A stretch of DNA of 64,000 nucleotides from Thermodesulfobacteriota bacterium (GTDB lineage Bacteria > Desulfobacterota > Desulfarculia > JACQYL01), in the NCBI GenBank assembly GCA_963675595.2, contig CAXXLZ010000002.1:3264001-3328000 (forward strand), read 5' to 3'. Position 1 is the first letter of the stretch. Each line of letters begins with the position of its first letter. The position numbers were made by a program, and so were the translations under genes. Below the pieces are notes generated by a model. That model was not told the DNA's origin and did no database searches. It saw only the letters and a program-made list of their open reading frames with translations. Below, one piece after another: positions 63,032-64,000 of the stretch.

Positions 63032-63068
63032 TAAAGGCGCAACCTTTGAAAGGTTACGCCCTTATTTT
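63032..63068 (-). terminator. Terminator downstream of tRNA-Leu
   Basis: GGCGCAACCTTT-g-AAAGGTTACGCC inverted repeat with A/T flanks. Confidence 0.6.
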
Positions 63069-63073
63069 CAAGA

Positions 63074-63160
63074 TGGTGCCGAAGGCGAGACTCGAACTCG
63101 CACAGGCGTACGCCTACTAGACCCTGAACCTAGCGCGTCTACCACTTCCGCCACTTCGGC
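63074..63160 (-). tRNA. tRNA-Leu (CAG)
   Basis: Minus strand GCCGAAGTGGCGGAAGTGGTAGACGCG-CTAGG-TTCAGGG-TCTAG, long variable arm, GTTCGAGTC...CACCA. Confidence 0.96.
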
Positions 63161-63248
63161 ACGCGAGATTGATATCAATAAAGGGTTTCCCCGCTTTTGT
63201 CAAGTCGGATAAAATCCTTTTCAAATAGAATGCGAAACGGGGATCGAA

Positions 63249-64000
63249 ATGGGCCTCTTTCATGGTCTCGAAGAACTGCGCCGGCCTTTTAAAGGTGCGG
63301 CGGTCACCATAGGAAATTTCGACGGCGTCCACATGGGGCACAGGGCGCTTTTCAATCAGGTAAAGGGCCTTGCCGCTAAGCTGGACGGGGAGTCCGTGGT
63401 GGTCACTTTCGATCCGCACCCCCTCACCGTGTTGAAGAACCCGGCGAACCCGGCCCCGGAAATGATTCACCCCCTGGATGAAAAGGTACGGCTCATTCGT
63501 GCGTGCACGGTGAACCACGTGGTGGTGCTTCCTTTCAACGAGGAATTTTCCCGAATCAGGGCCGCGGATTTTGTCCGGCGGATTCTTTGCGAACGGATCG
63601 GCATGAAGGCCATCGTCATCGGCCACGATTACGCTTTCGGGTATCGCAGGGAAGGAAACATCGACCTGCTGCGCGACCTGAGCGGCGAGCTGGGATTTCA
63701 GGTCGTTCTACTCGAGCCGGTGGAGGTAAACGGCGAAAGGGTCAGCAGCACCACGGTCCGGCGCCTCATCAAGGAAGGAGAAATGGACAGGGTCCGGGAC
63801 TTCCTGGGACGGCCTTTCAGAATGGAGGGCGAGGTGGTTCCGGGACGCAAAGTAGGGGGGGCGCAGCTCGGATTCCCCACCCTGAACCTCGAGCCGGGAA
63901 AGGGCATCGTTCCCGGTAAGGGCGTTTACGTGGTGGAAGTGATTCTGGACGATATCGCTTATCCGGCCGTCTGCAACGTGGGCGTCAATCCCACCTTCGG
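63249..64000 (+). CDS. ribF: Bifunctional riboflavin kinase/FAD synthetase (3' end outside window)
   Basis: VTIGNFDGVHMGH, TFDPHP, GHDYAFG, VSSTTVR, LGFPTLN and NVGVNPTF. Confidence 0.95.
   Translation, partial: MGLFHGLEELRRPFKGAAVTIGNFDGVHMGHRALFNQVKGLAAKLDGESVVVTFDPHPLTVLKNPANPAPEMIHPLDEKVRLIRACTVNHVVVLPFNEEFSRIRAADFVRRILCERIGMKAIVIGHDYAFGYRREGNIDLLRDLSGELGFQVVLLEPVEVNGERVSSTTVRRLIKEGEMDRVRDFLGRPFRMEGEVVPGRKVGGAQLGFPTLNLEPGKGIVPGKGVYVVEVILDDIAYPAVCNVGVNPTF

Overview
GC-rich bacterial chromosome segment; gene content suggests an anaerobic Desulfobacterota/deltaproteobacterial organism (inference). The left end holds housekeeping genes (acyl-CoA ligase, MATE, alaC-hom-apgM-like, thioesterase) and tRNA-fMet, followed by a mobile-element hotspot (group IIC intron, IS630 plus remnant, IS1380-like fragment) and secreted or accessory genes. 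The core (~17.6-48.0 kb) is a corrinoid/tetrapyrrole island with three cobalamin riboswitches. It encodes CbiZ, a beta-propeller surface protein, two CobN-like chelatase subunits, ChlD/ChlI ATPases, a CcsA/ResB-like pair (ResB-like split by an IS1182-type element), a FecCD/BtuCD-type ABC importer, a radical SAM/SPASM enzyme, a TonB-dependent receptor and an ABC-2 exporter. The importer's substrate-binding lipoprotein has an in-frame TGA followed by a SECIS-like hairpin, so it is probably a selenoprotein. A second selenoprotein, a PrxU-type peroxiredoxin, lies just downstream. The right end holds a GGDEF protein, a frameshifted YgjP-like gene, mnmE-jag-yidC-yidD-rnpA-rpmH, an MltD-like gene, ndk, STAS, a pseudokinase-FGE fusion, MNT/HepT (toxin frameshifted), tRNA-Leu and partial ribF. 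All calls come from reading the sequence; no database searches were run.
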